Shown piece by piece: positions 25,066 to 37,845 of a stretch of 64,000 bases of DNA. The stretch covers positions 47,690,464-47,754,463 of the forward strand of contig NC_043011.1 of NCBI RefSeq assembly GCF_006345805.1. Reading direction: 5' to 3'. The notes beneath the pieces are model-generated. The model saw only the letters and a list, made by a program, of their open reading frames with translations, searched no databases and was not told where the DNA came from. The position numbers and the translations under genes are program-made. The DNA is from Octopus sinensis (lineage: Eukaryota). Within the stretch, counting starts at the first letter, position 1; every line of letters starts with the position of its first letter.

Positions 25066-26658
25066 AATAATATTTTAAAAATAATATATAAAACAATACA
25101 GAAAAAACAAAGAGACTACTACTAGAGAAACAACTGTATGTCTGTAAGCATTCATGCGTACATGTATGAAGGTATATATGCATGTATGTGTGAGTGTGTG
25201 TGTCTGTATGTGTGCCTATATGAACATGCATTAGAATCTATATTATATGTGAACTAACAACTCAGTAGGCAGTTTAGTCAATAAAGACAGTCTAAGGAAA
25301 ATTACACAAAGTAATATATATATATATATTACAAATTAGCCAGTTTTCTTCCTAAGTTCTAGCAGGCTACTGCAAACTGATGTAGTAAAGCTGTAATATA
25401 TCATATTTTAGAACGGTGAATAGAGCTTAAGAGACACAGTAGACCAAACCAATTTATATACTCTCTTGCAGTTTTCTAGCTTTCTGTTGTCACTTTATTA
25501 TGCGTTTCTTATATCCTTTATCTTTGGCTTGCTTCAGTCATTAAACTGCGGCCATTCTGGGGCACTAGCTTGATATTTTAGTCGAATGAATCGACCCCCA
25601 CCCCACCCACTAGTACATCATTTTTTTTCCAAACCTGGTACTTATTCTATTGGTCTCTTATGCTGAACTGCTAAGTTAAAGTTGTTCCAAACACGCCAAC
25701 ACCAGTTGTCAAGCAGCGATAGGGCAATGAGGAGGGGGGGAACTTAGACACAAAGACACACAGATATATATTTACAGTTATGGAAGGTCTTTAGTCTTGT
25801 GAGTTACAAGGTGAAGTCACAAGTGCCACTGCAATAATAAAATGCATCTACTGCACTCTGTAAACTGGTGGACAAATTAAACAGAGGCAATTCAAGGTTG
25901 GGAGGAGTTTAGCCAAAGGTATGGTAACCTCTCTAGTGTTGGTGCCACAAATAAAAGCACCCAGTAAAGTGACTACAGTTAAGAAAAAAACCCACCAACC
26001 ATGAAACCTTATAAACCATACCAAAACTGAACTACCTGACCAGGAGGTGACTCATCTACTTAAGTACAAGGGCCATTACCCAAATAAACTTGCTCAGAAA
26101 CTATTGAAATGTCTAATTCCGGCCAGTATAAAAAAGGAATGTAAAATGGTCTTGATGCTGGTACAGCTGATGGTGAATTATATTTGTCACCTTTCTTCAA
26201 AAAATTAACTTCTTTCACCCTTTACACATATGCCCAAACTCCTCCTTCTGATAAATGATGGATAGTAATTAATGTCAAAGACCATGCAATTACCTGAAAC
26301 AGTGACACACACTATTTAAACAGTTTGTGATAATTTATTCTCAACCCACTAACATCTACAGTTGACCAAAAAGGTCAGTGGAACAAAACACTGATTTGGA
26401 TAATGTGAAACACTGTTTGCCTTACATATAGTAAACATTTAAATATACATAATGTGAATACAGGCACATACACACTCAGTTTTAGCAAGCCAGAACCTAA
26501 TTTACTTCACTTGTCTATTTGGCTTTTATCAGCTATACAAATGTTGCAGCCAGAAAATAGCTGTTCATGTTTAGCTGCTGTTCCTCTTTGGTGTTCAACA
26601 ATTCATCATCTTATATAGATTATAGATGATCATCGAATGACCTTCAATATTCTCTTAG

Positions 26659-26734
26659 GATATTAATACATTCGTCATTAAATGAATCAAAATGTCCCCA
26701 AGATGATAAAGTTTTATTTATCTTTGTTGTTTGT
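26659..26734 (+). CDS. Candidate coding exon (phase 2 to 0)
   Basis: Acceptor aatattctcttag, ILIHSSLNESKCPQDDKVLLSLLFV open, consensus donor GTAAGT. Confidence 0.4.
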
Positions 26735-27193
26735 CGTAAGTTATTTATGAGTTCAAACTTCATAAGAGCAGATACAATAGTTTAACATGAATTGGAATCA
26801 CCTTTGGGAATTTTAATGATTTCAAATGAAAGATTCTTTTTTTTTTTTTTTTTTTTTTTTTCAATTTAGAAAATGACACTTTCTAATTTAAAACTTATGA
26901 GAAACTGTTGTTTTTAGCTGATCTCTGTTTTCTTTTCTTGTGCATTTTCTGAAGAATGACCTCTGTGTCTCTACCACATTAATGTGGTTCTGTATTGAAG
27001 GAAAACATCATTTTTTCTGGGGTGTGCCACAGATTACAATGTAAGAATTTAGATTAGACAAACATCTCACACCCACACCTGACAAACACAATTATTAATT
27101 GGTTTTTACCTTTCGATATATGATCTACTGCCAAATCTCTCTCCCTACCAACACACACATAACATAATTGGTAGTATAATTCATGTATGTGTT

Positions 27194-27298
<105 letters not shown>

Positions 27299-27574
27299 CA
27301 CACACAAACATTCATGTATGCATTCATGTATACCTATATATGTAGGTCTCTATCATTTACTGACGGCAAGAAATGTAAACGTGTAAACAAAAGAGTGTAA
27401 TCTTTAAAAGAACTCCTTTGTATTGAGTTACACAGCCTCTCATCTTTCTTATTATCAGAGATGCAGTGAATTTCTTGGCCTTTTGGAAAACTGTAACCAA
27501 CAACATCTTTGTTTTCCAAAGATATCAAAATAATTTAATTAATGTAATAGACATTTTCCCATTAATTACCTATT

Positions 27575-27770
27575 TCTTTACTACCGACAAGGGGCTAAAC
27601 ACACAGAGTACAAACAAGGACAGACATATGGATTAAGTCGAGTATATCGACCCCAGTGCGTAACTGGTACTTATTTAATCGACCCCGAAAGGATGAAAGG
27701 CAAAGTCGACCTCGGCGGAATTTGAACTCAGAACATAACGGCAGACGAAATACCGCTAAGCATTTCACCC
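27575..27770 (-). mobile_element. SINE family 2, 5'-truncated
   Basis: Near-consensus sequence. Confidence 0.9.
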
Positions 27771-28302
27771 AGGAGTCTTAAGAGAAAAGTGCACTGGATG
27801 TGACCAGGGGGAGGGAGCTAAAGATGATAAAAATGACGTTCAGAGGCAAAATAACCATGTAAATAAAATACTTAACTATCAATTGTGGTAGTTTGTCCAT
27901 TTTTATCAACTTATGTCACCCTATGTATTCACAGAGTGAAAATAAAATTCTGCATATTTCATTTCATCTCATCCTAAAAAATAGTGCCATGAAACAGTAG
28001 ACTAGCATCCTATATTTCTCAGTCACATACAGCTATAGTATCTGCAATGAAGTACTAAATGTATTGAATTTTGTACAAAAGACAAACACAGACTTTACTA
28101 TTTTCCCTGTGGATTACATTTCTTTGAGATTAATCTTGTGATTTATTTCTATCTTAGATATAGCAATTTTTCATACCTACTTGTGTACAATGTTAATGAT
28201 TCTCTCAAGTATGATGAGATCTGTGTATAACTGAGGAAGTCTAATAAGTCAGAAACATGCCTGCAGTTGTCTCATTCATGTTGAAATGATAGATATAAAT
28301 AT

Positions 28303-28535
28303 AAGGCGGTGAGCTGGCAGAACCGTTAGCACGCTGGGCGAAATGCTTAGTGGTATTTCGTCTGCGGTTACGTTCCGAGTTCAAATTCCACCGAGGTCGA
28401 CTTTGCCTTTCATCCTTTTGGGGTCGATAAATTAAGTACCAGTTATGCACTGGAGTCGATATAATCGACTTAATCTATTTGTCTGTCCTTGTTTGTCCTC
28501 TCTGTGTTTAGCCCCTTGTGGGTAGTAAAGAAATA
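28303..28535 (+). mobile_element. SINE family 2, full length with TSD
   Basis: Flanking ATAGATATAAATAT on both sides. Confidence 0.92.
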
Positions 28536-29077
28536 GATATAAATATTAGTTTCACACATGGCCAGTAATTTCAAGGAGGAGTTAAGTTGATTACATCGAC
28601 CTCAATGCTCAACTGATACCTATTTAATCAACCCAAAAAAGTAAAGGATAAAAAGTAAAGTCAACTTTGGTTGAATTTGAACTCCGAATAGGAAGATGTA
28701 CAAAATGTCACTAAGCATTTTCCCTTGCATGTTAATGATTCTACTAGCTAGCTGCCTTATTGATAGATATAATATCAATCACTGAGCTAGTGTTATCTTT
28801 CTTTTGCAGCATAATTGCTTCTAATAAAATTCTTTTATGTTGGTTGCATTATGTATGTTATGAGCAGTAACTTAACTACTGCTTTCCATGTGTGTGTGTG
28901 CCTCTGTGTGAGTGTGTATGCGTACAGAGTAAGCTGGATGTGGTGGCATGCAGTTTAGTAGCAAAAGAGGCACTATAGCGGGATAGAGATTGGTGACTTT
29001 TTTTACCACTTTACCAATCAGCTATATGGTTTCCTTTTGGATGCAGTTTCAGATGGTCTTTTTTTTTTTGTTTGTTT

Positions 29078-29482
29078 TACACTTTTACACTTTTGCTTGT
29101 TTCGGTCATTTGACTGTGAACATGCTGGAGCACCATTTTTAGTCGAGCAAAATGACCCCAGGACTTAATTCTTTGTAAGCCTAGTTACTTATTATATCAG
29201 TCTCTTTTGCCGAATCGCTAAGTTACAGAGATGTAAACACACCAGCATTGGTTGTCAAGCAATGTTGGGGGGGGGGGACAAACACAGACATACAAGCACA
29301 CACACATAGATATATATACATATACACGACGGGCTTCTTTCAGTTTCCATCTACCAAACCCACTAAAAAGGCTTTGGTCGGCCCGAGGCTATAGTAGAAG
29401 ACACTTGCCCAAGGTGCCACACAGTAGGACTGAACCCGGAACCATGTGGTTTGTAAGTAAGCTACTTACCACACAACCACTC
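29078..29482 (-). mobile_element. SINE family 1
   Basis: Full-length homology; source of most of the 183-aa ORF at 29252. Confidence 0.9.
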
Positions 29483-29752
29483 CAGCATCTCTGTGTATAT
29501 AACAACAGCAATTTTCACTGTGGGCCTCACATGAATTTCACAGAGTCAGCAACATTTGTGAGAGAGAGAGAGAGAGAGAGAGAGAAAGAAAACAACAGAA
29601 GGACAGAGAAACAGAGAGGCAGAGAGAATTTTTATGGCTCTGAAGAGGTAGACTATTCGTTAGAGTGTAAATTTAGTTACATTACAGAAGGGAGATCTGC
29701 AGGAATAGATCTTGGTGATTTGCTAATGGTGAAACCTAGTGTTTCGTTTTTA

Positions 29753-29940
29753 GCTACTTTGAGGGCTTCAGTTCTTATTGTCCCCCAACACAAGAAGCAG
29801 TGAAACAGGAAATGGTTCCCTTGATCTATGCAGTAACTACTTCGTGTCTTTGTTCTAATGAAGGGGACAAGATTATCAAGTCCCCATTGGAGAATGTTTT
29901 TCAGGTGTCAGTTCAAAGCAGCAATGCAGATTTGACATGA
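29753..29940 (+). CDS. Weak candidate exon
   Basis: Acceptor gtgtttcgtttttag; YFEGFSSYCPPTQEAVKQEMVPLIYAVTTSCLCSNEGDKIIKSPLENVFQ... open to TGA; donor uncertain. Confidence 0.2.
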
Positions 29941-30479
29941 CACATCCAGTTAGCATGTGGATAACATTTGTGAGTAGAAGATTAAGATGAAGTGGATAGT
30001 GGTATCTTCTTCAAATTGTGCGCATTGTTAGATGTGACAAGTCAGCAAGTATATTATCTATATAGGTATGTGCATATTGTTGCATGCATGCAAATGAAGG
30101 AAGGACCTTTTCTGGTAAATGTAAATGTTGCAGGCAAAAATATTCATATCTTTCTTCTGTGCTTTATGAATGTATGCATATCTGCATAAAGGCGTATATT
30201 AATGTATATATTGATGTATGAATATGTTATGAATATGTGTATGTTCATAAATGCATGTATATCATCTATGTCCATTCTTCATGCTATACATATATCTATA
30301 TACATATATATATAAATATACATACATATATCTATATACTTACATATATATACATACATATATATATATATATATACACATATATATACATATATATACA
30401 TATATATATACATATATATATACATACATATACACACACACATATACACACATATACATACATATATATACATACATAC

Positions 30480-30529
<50 letters not shown>

Positions 30530-31136
30530 GCACGTGCATATGCAGCATTGTGTAAATAAGAAGGGAAAGAGATGCGAGCCATAGACAAGAAGAAGATATG
30601 CAAATCAACGCAGAATCATACAACATGCAACAGCCACCAAGTGCAATATTAATTTATCAATCAAGCTTTCCTTTTTGTCTTTTCTTTTGATTTATATACA
30701 CATGTATTTATATTATTTCCCCTCCATACATTGATTAGCCTTAAAACTAGATAATCAATAAGTTGTCAACCAATTTTGTGTAGCCATTGTGAGCAACTGC
30801 CATTGTCCACTGCATGAAGATTGGCAACTTAGAAAAAAAAAAAAAAAAGAGAAAAAGGAGGACAAAAGCCGCTAGTATATAGTGCTTTGTATTCAGATAG
30901 CTATCTGAGTAGTACATAGATACATGCTCAACATCTTGTGTGTGTGTGTGTGTGTGATGATATATCAAGCTATATCTATATGACAACGAGACTACTTACT
31001 TGTAGGGAAACATCTCTCAATGGGACATTCATTGTTCTTACAGCTACTAATGTCATTGTGACCTTAAGGTGTGCAGTTGATGTTGGCAGTAATAAAATGT
31101 TCAAGGTTCGATTTTAGTCTTTAATGGTAAGATTAA

Positions 31137-31358
31137 CCCTTAAGTGTTCGCATTATTCTGCCAAAATTAATGCTTTTTTTATCCACATTGTTTTGAACTA
31201 ATCATGCATTATCTTGTAACTATGGAAATTTGATGAGGTAGCTGTTAATTTTTGAAACGATATTGTAGGGTTGGTGTGAGAGACAAGATCTGGCCAGTTT
31301 GAACATAAAACAGGCAGAATACTTTTGGCCGGATATGGCCGGTTTAAATGCTAAAGGG
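31137..31358. mobile_element. TTAA/CCC-ended (piggyBac-like) MITE family 1
   Basis: TTAA|CCCTT ... AAATGCTAAAGGG; other copies about 31520-31955 (split by a SINE), 50151-50375, 62496-62715. Confidence 0.8.
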
Positions 31359-32044
31359 TCGTTTCTTCCTTTCCTCCTTTTTTTTGTTTTTAATTGATAA
31401 AGAGTTGATATGCTGTCTACTAGTCAAAGAACTGATAGCTGATGTGCCCGACCTCAGCACCGCCCCATGGCCATGAGGGGAAAGACATGGATCACTGACA
31501 GTTGTTGTCTAAGTGTTTACCATTCAGGTTCCACAGTCAAATATGTTATTTATTTATTCGCATTGGTTTGAATTAATCATATATTACCTTGTAGCTGTGA
31601 AGTTTCAATGATGTGGTTATTTATTTTCAGAATAATATTCTTTTCTACTCTAGGCACAAGGCCAGAAATTTTGGAGGAGGGGGCCAGTCGATTAGATCAA
31701 CCTCAGGACGCAAATGGTACTTAATTTATCGACTCTGAAAGGATAAAAGGCAAAGTTGACCTCGGTGGAATTTGAACTCAGAATGTAAAGACAGACGAAA
31801 TACTGCTAAGCATTTTGCCCGGCATGCTAACGTGTCTGCCAGCTCAGAATAAATAATATGTAGTGGAAGTGCAAGAGGCCAGATCTGGTCAGTTTCAAGA
31901 TAAAAGAAGGCTGGATATTTTTGTTGGATATTATCAGTTTAAATGCTAAAGAATTAAACAACAACATTAAATTAAAGAGAGAATCTATATTTGGTTAGAA
32001 CACTTGCCTGGCAGAAAAATCAAACACATTGAAATCACACCCTA

Positions 32045-32285
32045 TTCTTATTTCTTTATTGCTCACAAGGGGCTAAACAAAGAGGGGGCAAACAAGGATA
32101 GACAAAGGGGTTAAATCGATTACATTGACACCAGTGCGTAACTGGTATTTAATTTATTGACCTCGAAAGGATGAAAGGCTAAGTCAACCTTGGTGGAATT
32201 TGAACTCTTAACGTAACATCAGACAAAATACCACTATGCATTTTGCCTGGTGTGCTAACGTTTCTGCCAGCTAGCTGCCTTTCTA
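32045..32285 (-). mobile_element. SINE family 2
   Basis: Full-length homology. Confidence 0.88.
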
Positions 32286-33639
32286 CACCCTATTCTCTCT
32301 TGAATATAGAAAGAACACATTTAATAATGTAGTCTTACATACCCCTCAAAAATGATGGTAAGGCTGGAACCAAGATCATAGTTTTCTGCAATCAGGGTTT
32401 TCATGAGATTAAACATCACCATGTTACTATAACCTACAGAAATTTACCCCTGATCAAGAGTTTGTACAGTGAGTAATGGCCAGAGGCTGAAAGTCATTAC
32501 CATACCACACTCATCGATACAAGTTTATCTTTGATCAAAAGTCTGCTTGGATCAAAAGTCCTCCTTTCCTTTCTTTTTGTCTGTTAACCTTCCTATTTCT
32601 AGAGTTACAGATATGTGAGTGGGTCTATATGGAACAAGGTAAACAACAAACTGTTCGTATGCACCATATGCAAGACAAAATATCTATCTCTCAAATACCT
32701 CTACCCACTTGCAAAAATTACCTGCTATGGATATTTACATAATCCAAATGTAAATGTCATCAATGGTCCCTTCAAGAAAGTTGACTCTTCCAATCACTCA
32801 GAGAAACTTCAACAATGACTTGAAAGCTATTGAAATTCTAATCAAGTTTTTTTTCAGTATTATAACTGCCTACACTATGACATTAATTAAAATTAATTGG
32901 ATCTGGCTGCTGGAATCAAATAATCCTTACCTCATTGGTAAAATATCCGCATTGAGACAATGCTCAAACGGTTAGAAACATAAATCTCTCAAACTGTACC
33001 TCGCTGTCTTTGAAAATGAAAGACAAAATGTAGTCCTAAATATACTATATCTGAGATCCCCGCCCACCAAAAAAAACCCCCCAAAAAACCATAAAATGGG
33101 TACATCACGTAGATCAGTTTGTTTTATGGCTGACCCGCAGAAAATCAACAAGAATCCACAGCAAATGGGTTTCAAAGAAGTGGTAAGAAGTGAGATTTAA
33201 GTGTATAAATTTGAATGATTACTGTATTTATGTTTTTTTTTTCTTTAGTTCAAATGTTCTTCTGAGGTTAAACTGGACTTTTCTCCTGCGGAGTCAAGGA
33301 AGAAAATACTAGCTCTGTACTTGAGTCAACTGTTCTAAAAGGAATCTCATACTGGCAAGTAGTCTTCTGCCAATTCAATAAGAAACATTTCCAACCTGTA
33401 ACAATGGATATTATCACAATGAACAAGCACATATACACACAACACCACCTGACACAGCCTTTTGTCTTAATGTCTCACAGCAACCAGTAATCTAATTTTA
33501 AATTCTAAACTTCACGCTTTCATTTTAATCAGTGCTAAAGTTTCAGTCAAATATAATACCATAAAAAAGCTATCTAACTTGCAAAATAAGTACCCAATGA
33601 TCATAATGATAATAACAACAACAATGCTAGCTCTGGCTG

Positions 33640-33880
33640 ATGGAAGGCTACCTGAAACACATGACCAAAGTGTTAATTATGGCTGCTGAGAAATACGTCA
33701 TTAAAACAAATCTGATAGAGACAAAGTTTGACAAAACTAAGTCAGACAGCAAATGTAGAACATGCAAGAAATGAGACAAAAGTATCAGTCACTGCTTGAT
33801 TGAGTGCAGTAAGCTAGCATAAAAAGAGAATAAGTTCATGCATGACTGTATAGGTAAAAGAGTGCATTGGGATGCTAGCT
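33640..33880 (+). pseudogene. R4/Dong-like LINE fragment with CCHC zinc knuckle
   Basis: WLMEGYLKH..VLIMAAEKYVIKTNLIETKFDKTKSDSKCRTCKK*DKSISHCLIECSKLA*KENKFMHDCIGKRVHW (CxxC..H...C). Confidence 0.75.
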
Positions 33881-33959
33881 GAATTTGTACCTAATTTTTA
33901 TTTTAAACAAAGGAAGGCTCCTGATGTATTTTCTCAAACCATGACAAATAGTGATGGCA

Positions 33960-34345
33960 ATAATAATAAAGGTTTCAAATTTAGGCACAAGGCCAGCAAA
34001 TTTGTGGGTTGGGGGAGGCTAAGTACTCAACTGGTACTTATTTTATCAATGCAGGAAGGATGAAAGGCAAAGTCAACTCCAACAGAATTTGAACTTAGAA
34101 TGTAAAAATGAACAAACTACTGCTAAGAATTTTGCCTGTCATATCAGCACAAGGCCTGATATTTTGGGGGGAGGCTGCTAGTCATTTACATCCACCCCAG
34201 TACTCAACTGGTATTTACTTTATCAACCCCAAAAGGATGAGAGGCAAAGTCGACCTCAGCAGAATTTGAATTCTTAGAAATAAAGGTAGACGAAATGCAA
34301 CTAAGCATTTTGATTGGTGCACTAACAATTCTGCCAGCTCACCAT
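33960..34345 (-). mobile_element. Two adjacent SINE family 2 copies
   Basis: Family motifs repeated. Confidence 0.8.
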
Positions 34346-34364
34346 TCATCACCTTAGTAGAAGC

Positions 34365-34404
<40 letters not shown>

Positions 34405-34407
<3 letters not shown>

Positions 34408-34928
34408 GCTCTGATGCAGTACCAGGCAGTGGCTCTCGTGGCTTCTGATCTTAACTGATTGGAAGTGTTATCATGTTACATTGTTTTGTCTTGGTATAAA
34501 AGATGGGCTACACCAAACATTCTGCTCAGTACCACTGATTTGCTTGTCAGTTATTTGACCTTAAACAGTTGAGCATATCCCTTAGTGGCTGACGATATGT
34601 GCATCTCAGATCACAAGCAGAAGTAGTGGGGGAGCATCATAGCCATGTGCTGAGAGGAATTCTTAGAGGTTTGGATAATTCACCTTCGGAAACATAGGTG
34701 GTTCGTTCAACAGCCTTAAACAACCCTTATTCAGGGACCTTTTGAGCAGGATGGGTTACTCGACCAGAAGAAAATTCTAACTGGGCCCCACCTCACCATG
34801 TCATGCACATATGGTTGTGATGCATGTGCCTGGTGTACCCTTATCAGACGGGTAGTCTTGATGGGTATACTGGGCTTTGTATATTTTACCCTAGTGTCAT
34901 TTTGATGGCATGCACTGCTCTTTCACTC

Positions 34929-34930
<2 letters not shown>
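34405..34930 (+). mobile_element. About 525-bp non-coding element embedded in (TAA)n on both sides
   Basis: (TAA)n-AAATGCTCTGATGCAGTACCAGGC ... GCACTGCTCTTTCACTCAA-(TAA)n; second copy 6230-6620. Confidence 0.8.
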
Positions 34931-34981
<51 letters not shown>

Positions 34982-35398
34982 TGATAATTTTAAATATGAA
35001 TTGAAATGTTATAACAAATGTGTCCTATAAATGCTCGTTTTATTGTTAGTATGGTTTTCCACACTGAATGAACCAAAAGTATCATTAAAACTTGTAGATT
35101 ATAAAATAATAAATGTGTTATTTACTTGCAATAGAATGGAATAGTACATACAAATAATTGATGGTAATAATAATCATCATATCAGCTTCCATTTTCATTT
35201 GGGATAAATTTCATTTCTTTATATAAGACTAGATGAAGGTAATAATGTGCTTTCCAATTAGAAGTTTCCAAGTTTGTGTAGTGTAAATATTTTGAACATT
35301 ATTATTACTATTATGCTTATTATTATAATCATTATTATTATTATTATTATTCAGTAGTTTCATTTTTATAGTGTGCTTTCACTTCACTACCGAGCACA

Positions 35399-35474
<76 letters not shown>

Positions 35475-35958
35475 CATTATTTATCCAAACTGGAAAAGTT
35501 TCTCACAGGTAGTGAACGGATATTGTTTTCCATATCCTGAGAGGAATAAAGAGAAATTATATTTACGCTTGTACGTTTGTATAATTACGAATTTACATCC
35601 TACCTAGGAGATGACTAACACGTAGATGCATACATATAAAGATGGACAAAATAGATGTGACAAAATGACAGATTAGTTAACAAACAGCCAAACAGTTGCT
35701 GATAGGTAATAATATATTTCTGCTTTAGTAAGATAATCCATTTTCCTAATTTACCTCATACTTTTATCCCACCCCCTTCTCTCTCTCTCTCTCTCTCTGT
35801 ATGTTTATCTACTTCACTTCCTCTCTGTTGTTCTTCCTCTCACTTATATCTTAATCACCTTTTACCTGTTTTCATTACCCACCTTCTCTTGCTGTCTCTA
35901 ACACCTGTAGTATAGCAGTCGTCTTTCTATCACATCATCAAACTCTCATTTTATCTTG

Positions 35959-36096
35959 CTTTTTTTTTTCTTTTCTCTCTCTAGTTTCAGCTCAGAGCTG
36001 TGGCCATGCTGATGCACTGCTGTTTAAAATGTAAGTGTTCCCATGCCAGGAATCGAACCCGGGCCACCTGGGTGAAAGCCAGAAATCCTAACCACT
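35959..36096 (-). pseudogene. tRNA-Glu(TTC) fragment plus trailer fused to CR1-like LINE 3' tail
   Basis: AGTGGTTAGGATTTCTGGCTTTCACCCAGGTGGCCCGGGTTCGATTCCTGGCATGGGAA (36096-36038; anticodon TTC, T-loop GGTTCGATTCC), CACTTACATTTT, then AAACAGCAGTGCATCAGCATGGCCACAGCTCTGAGCTGAAACT and a purine tail. Confidence 0.8.
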
Positions 36097-36494
36097 TTCT
36101 GTCCTTAATGCTGCTCATTCATGTGCACTAACCCTCAAGCTTCTTTTTCTCCCCATCACCTCCTTCTCAAAGTTTTTCCTTTCTCTTCCCTTATTTTCTT
36201 ATCATCATCTCTTTCTCTCTCCCTCAAACATACACTTTCACTTTCTATTTTGCTCACTTATTCTCTCTCTCACATTCATGCCTTCACCAATTTTTCTACT
36301 CTTATACTTTGTCACAATCTATTTTTTTTTTATTGTTTACATGAATTCGTCTGAAGAAGAAAAGTGGTACCCATAACCATTTTCAGGACTTCTATAATGA
36401 GTGGCAGGAAAAGAGGCAGTCATCTACAAACTTGAGACTTAGCCTAGTAGCCATGCAGATCTCTCTGCAGGAATTTGCTCTGCCCCACTCTTCA

Positions 36495-36900
36495 TCATCA
36501 TCATCATTGTTTAACGTCCGTTTTCCATGCTGGCATGGGTTTGACTGGAGACTGGCAAGCCAGTAGGCCGCACCAGGCTCCAATATGATCTAGCAATGTT
36601 TCTACAGCTGGATGCCCTTCCTAATGTCAACCACTCCGAGAGTATAGTGGGTGCTTTTTACATGCCACTGGCATGGGAACCAGTCAGGCGACACAGGCAT
36701 CAACCACATTCGGGTGGTACTTTTTACATGCTACTGGCTCAGGGACAGTAGAGTGGTGCTGGCATCAACCATGTTTGGATGGTGCTTTTTACATGCCATC
36801 AGCATGGGTAGCCAGTCTGGTGGCACTGGCACGAATGGTGCTTATTGTGTGCCACCAGCATGGGAACCAGTCAGGCAGCTATGTCATAGTAATCCCCTTG
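36495..36900 (-). mobile_element. RTE LINE 3' UTR with internal repeats
   Basis: (CAT)n tail, GGATGCCCTTCCTAA motif, repeated GGTGCTTTTTACATGCCA units. Confidence 0.8.
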
Positions 36901-37451
36901 TCTCTTTGCATCCAAATGACCCCCTACAAACCCTAGGGATCATAGTCTTGTGAACAGCATGACAACTTCAATAGAGCAGGTGACATAAATAAAGCACCCG
37001 GTCCATGTTGTAATGGTAAAATGGTTGGCATTAGGAAGGGCATCCAGCTGTAGAAACTATGTTAGTACAAATGCTGGAGCATGATGTGGTCCTTGGACAC
37101 ATCGTTTCTTGTCAAACCACCCAACCCATGCCAGCACGGAACATGGACATTAAATGATGACTCTATGCACCCAAAATACTTGGTGGTTTCTTTAATTTAG
37201 ATGAAAGATTAGGTTTATCTCCTAAGAATTGGTGTAATCATAAACTGGGTTCCACACAGTTTCTATCTTTACCATGAACAATTCTAGTAACAGAGCTTTG
37301 GTCGGTCTAAAATTACAGCAGAAGAGGTGAAATGCTGTAATGATTGGTTCCAAAGCAACTTAGCTGCAAAACAAATTTCTTGAAGCACACAGCCAAGTTT
37401 TCCTTTTCACTACTCTTTCATTGTGCTCCTCTCTCTCTCACTCTCACTCAT

Positions 37452-37845
37452 AGGCGTAGGAGTGGTTGTGTGGTAAGTAGCTTGCTCATGAACCACATGG
37501 TTCTGGGTTCAGTTCCACTGCATGGCACCTTGGGCAAGTGTCTTCTACTATAGTCTCGGGCCGACCAAAGTCTTGTGAGTCGATTTGGTAGACGGAAACT
37601 GAAAGAAGACCATCGTATATCGTATGTGTGTGTATATGTTTGTGTGTCTGTGTTTGTTCCCCCAACATCACTTGACAACCGATGCTGGCATGTTTACATC
37701 CCCGTAACTTAGTGGTTCAGCAAAAGAGACCAATAGAATAAGTACTCGGCTTACAAAGAATAAGTCCTAGGATCAATTCGCTTGACTAAAGGCAGTGCTC
37801 CAGCATGACCACAGTCAAATGACTGAAACAACTAAAAAGTGTAAA
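37452..37845 (+). mobile_element. SINE family 1, full length
   Basis: Homology. Confidence 0.9.

Noticed and set aside
29252-29803. 183-aa ORF
   Set aside because: Antisense SINE family 1 plus (GA)n; the same peptide motifs recur at every SINE copy
32615-32818. 67-aa ORF with CxxC (FVCTICK)
   Set aside because: No histidine pair for a C2H2 finger; no recognisable family
33096-33182. Apparent first exon MGTSRRSVCF...FKEV with GTAAGA donor
   Set aside because: Aligns with a degenerate repeat tail (GATC..GGCTGACC..AAACAAC) also seen near 42090-42170, 50440-50510 and 55990-56050
33249-33340. Strong acceptor plus open frame FKCSSEVKLDF...
   Set aside because: Decayed SINE family 2 sequence
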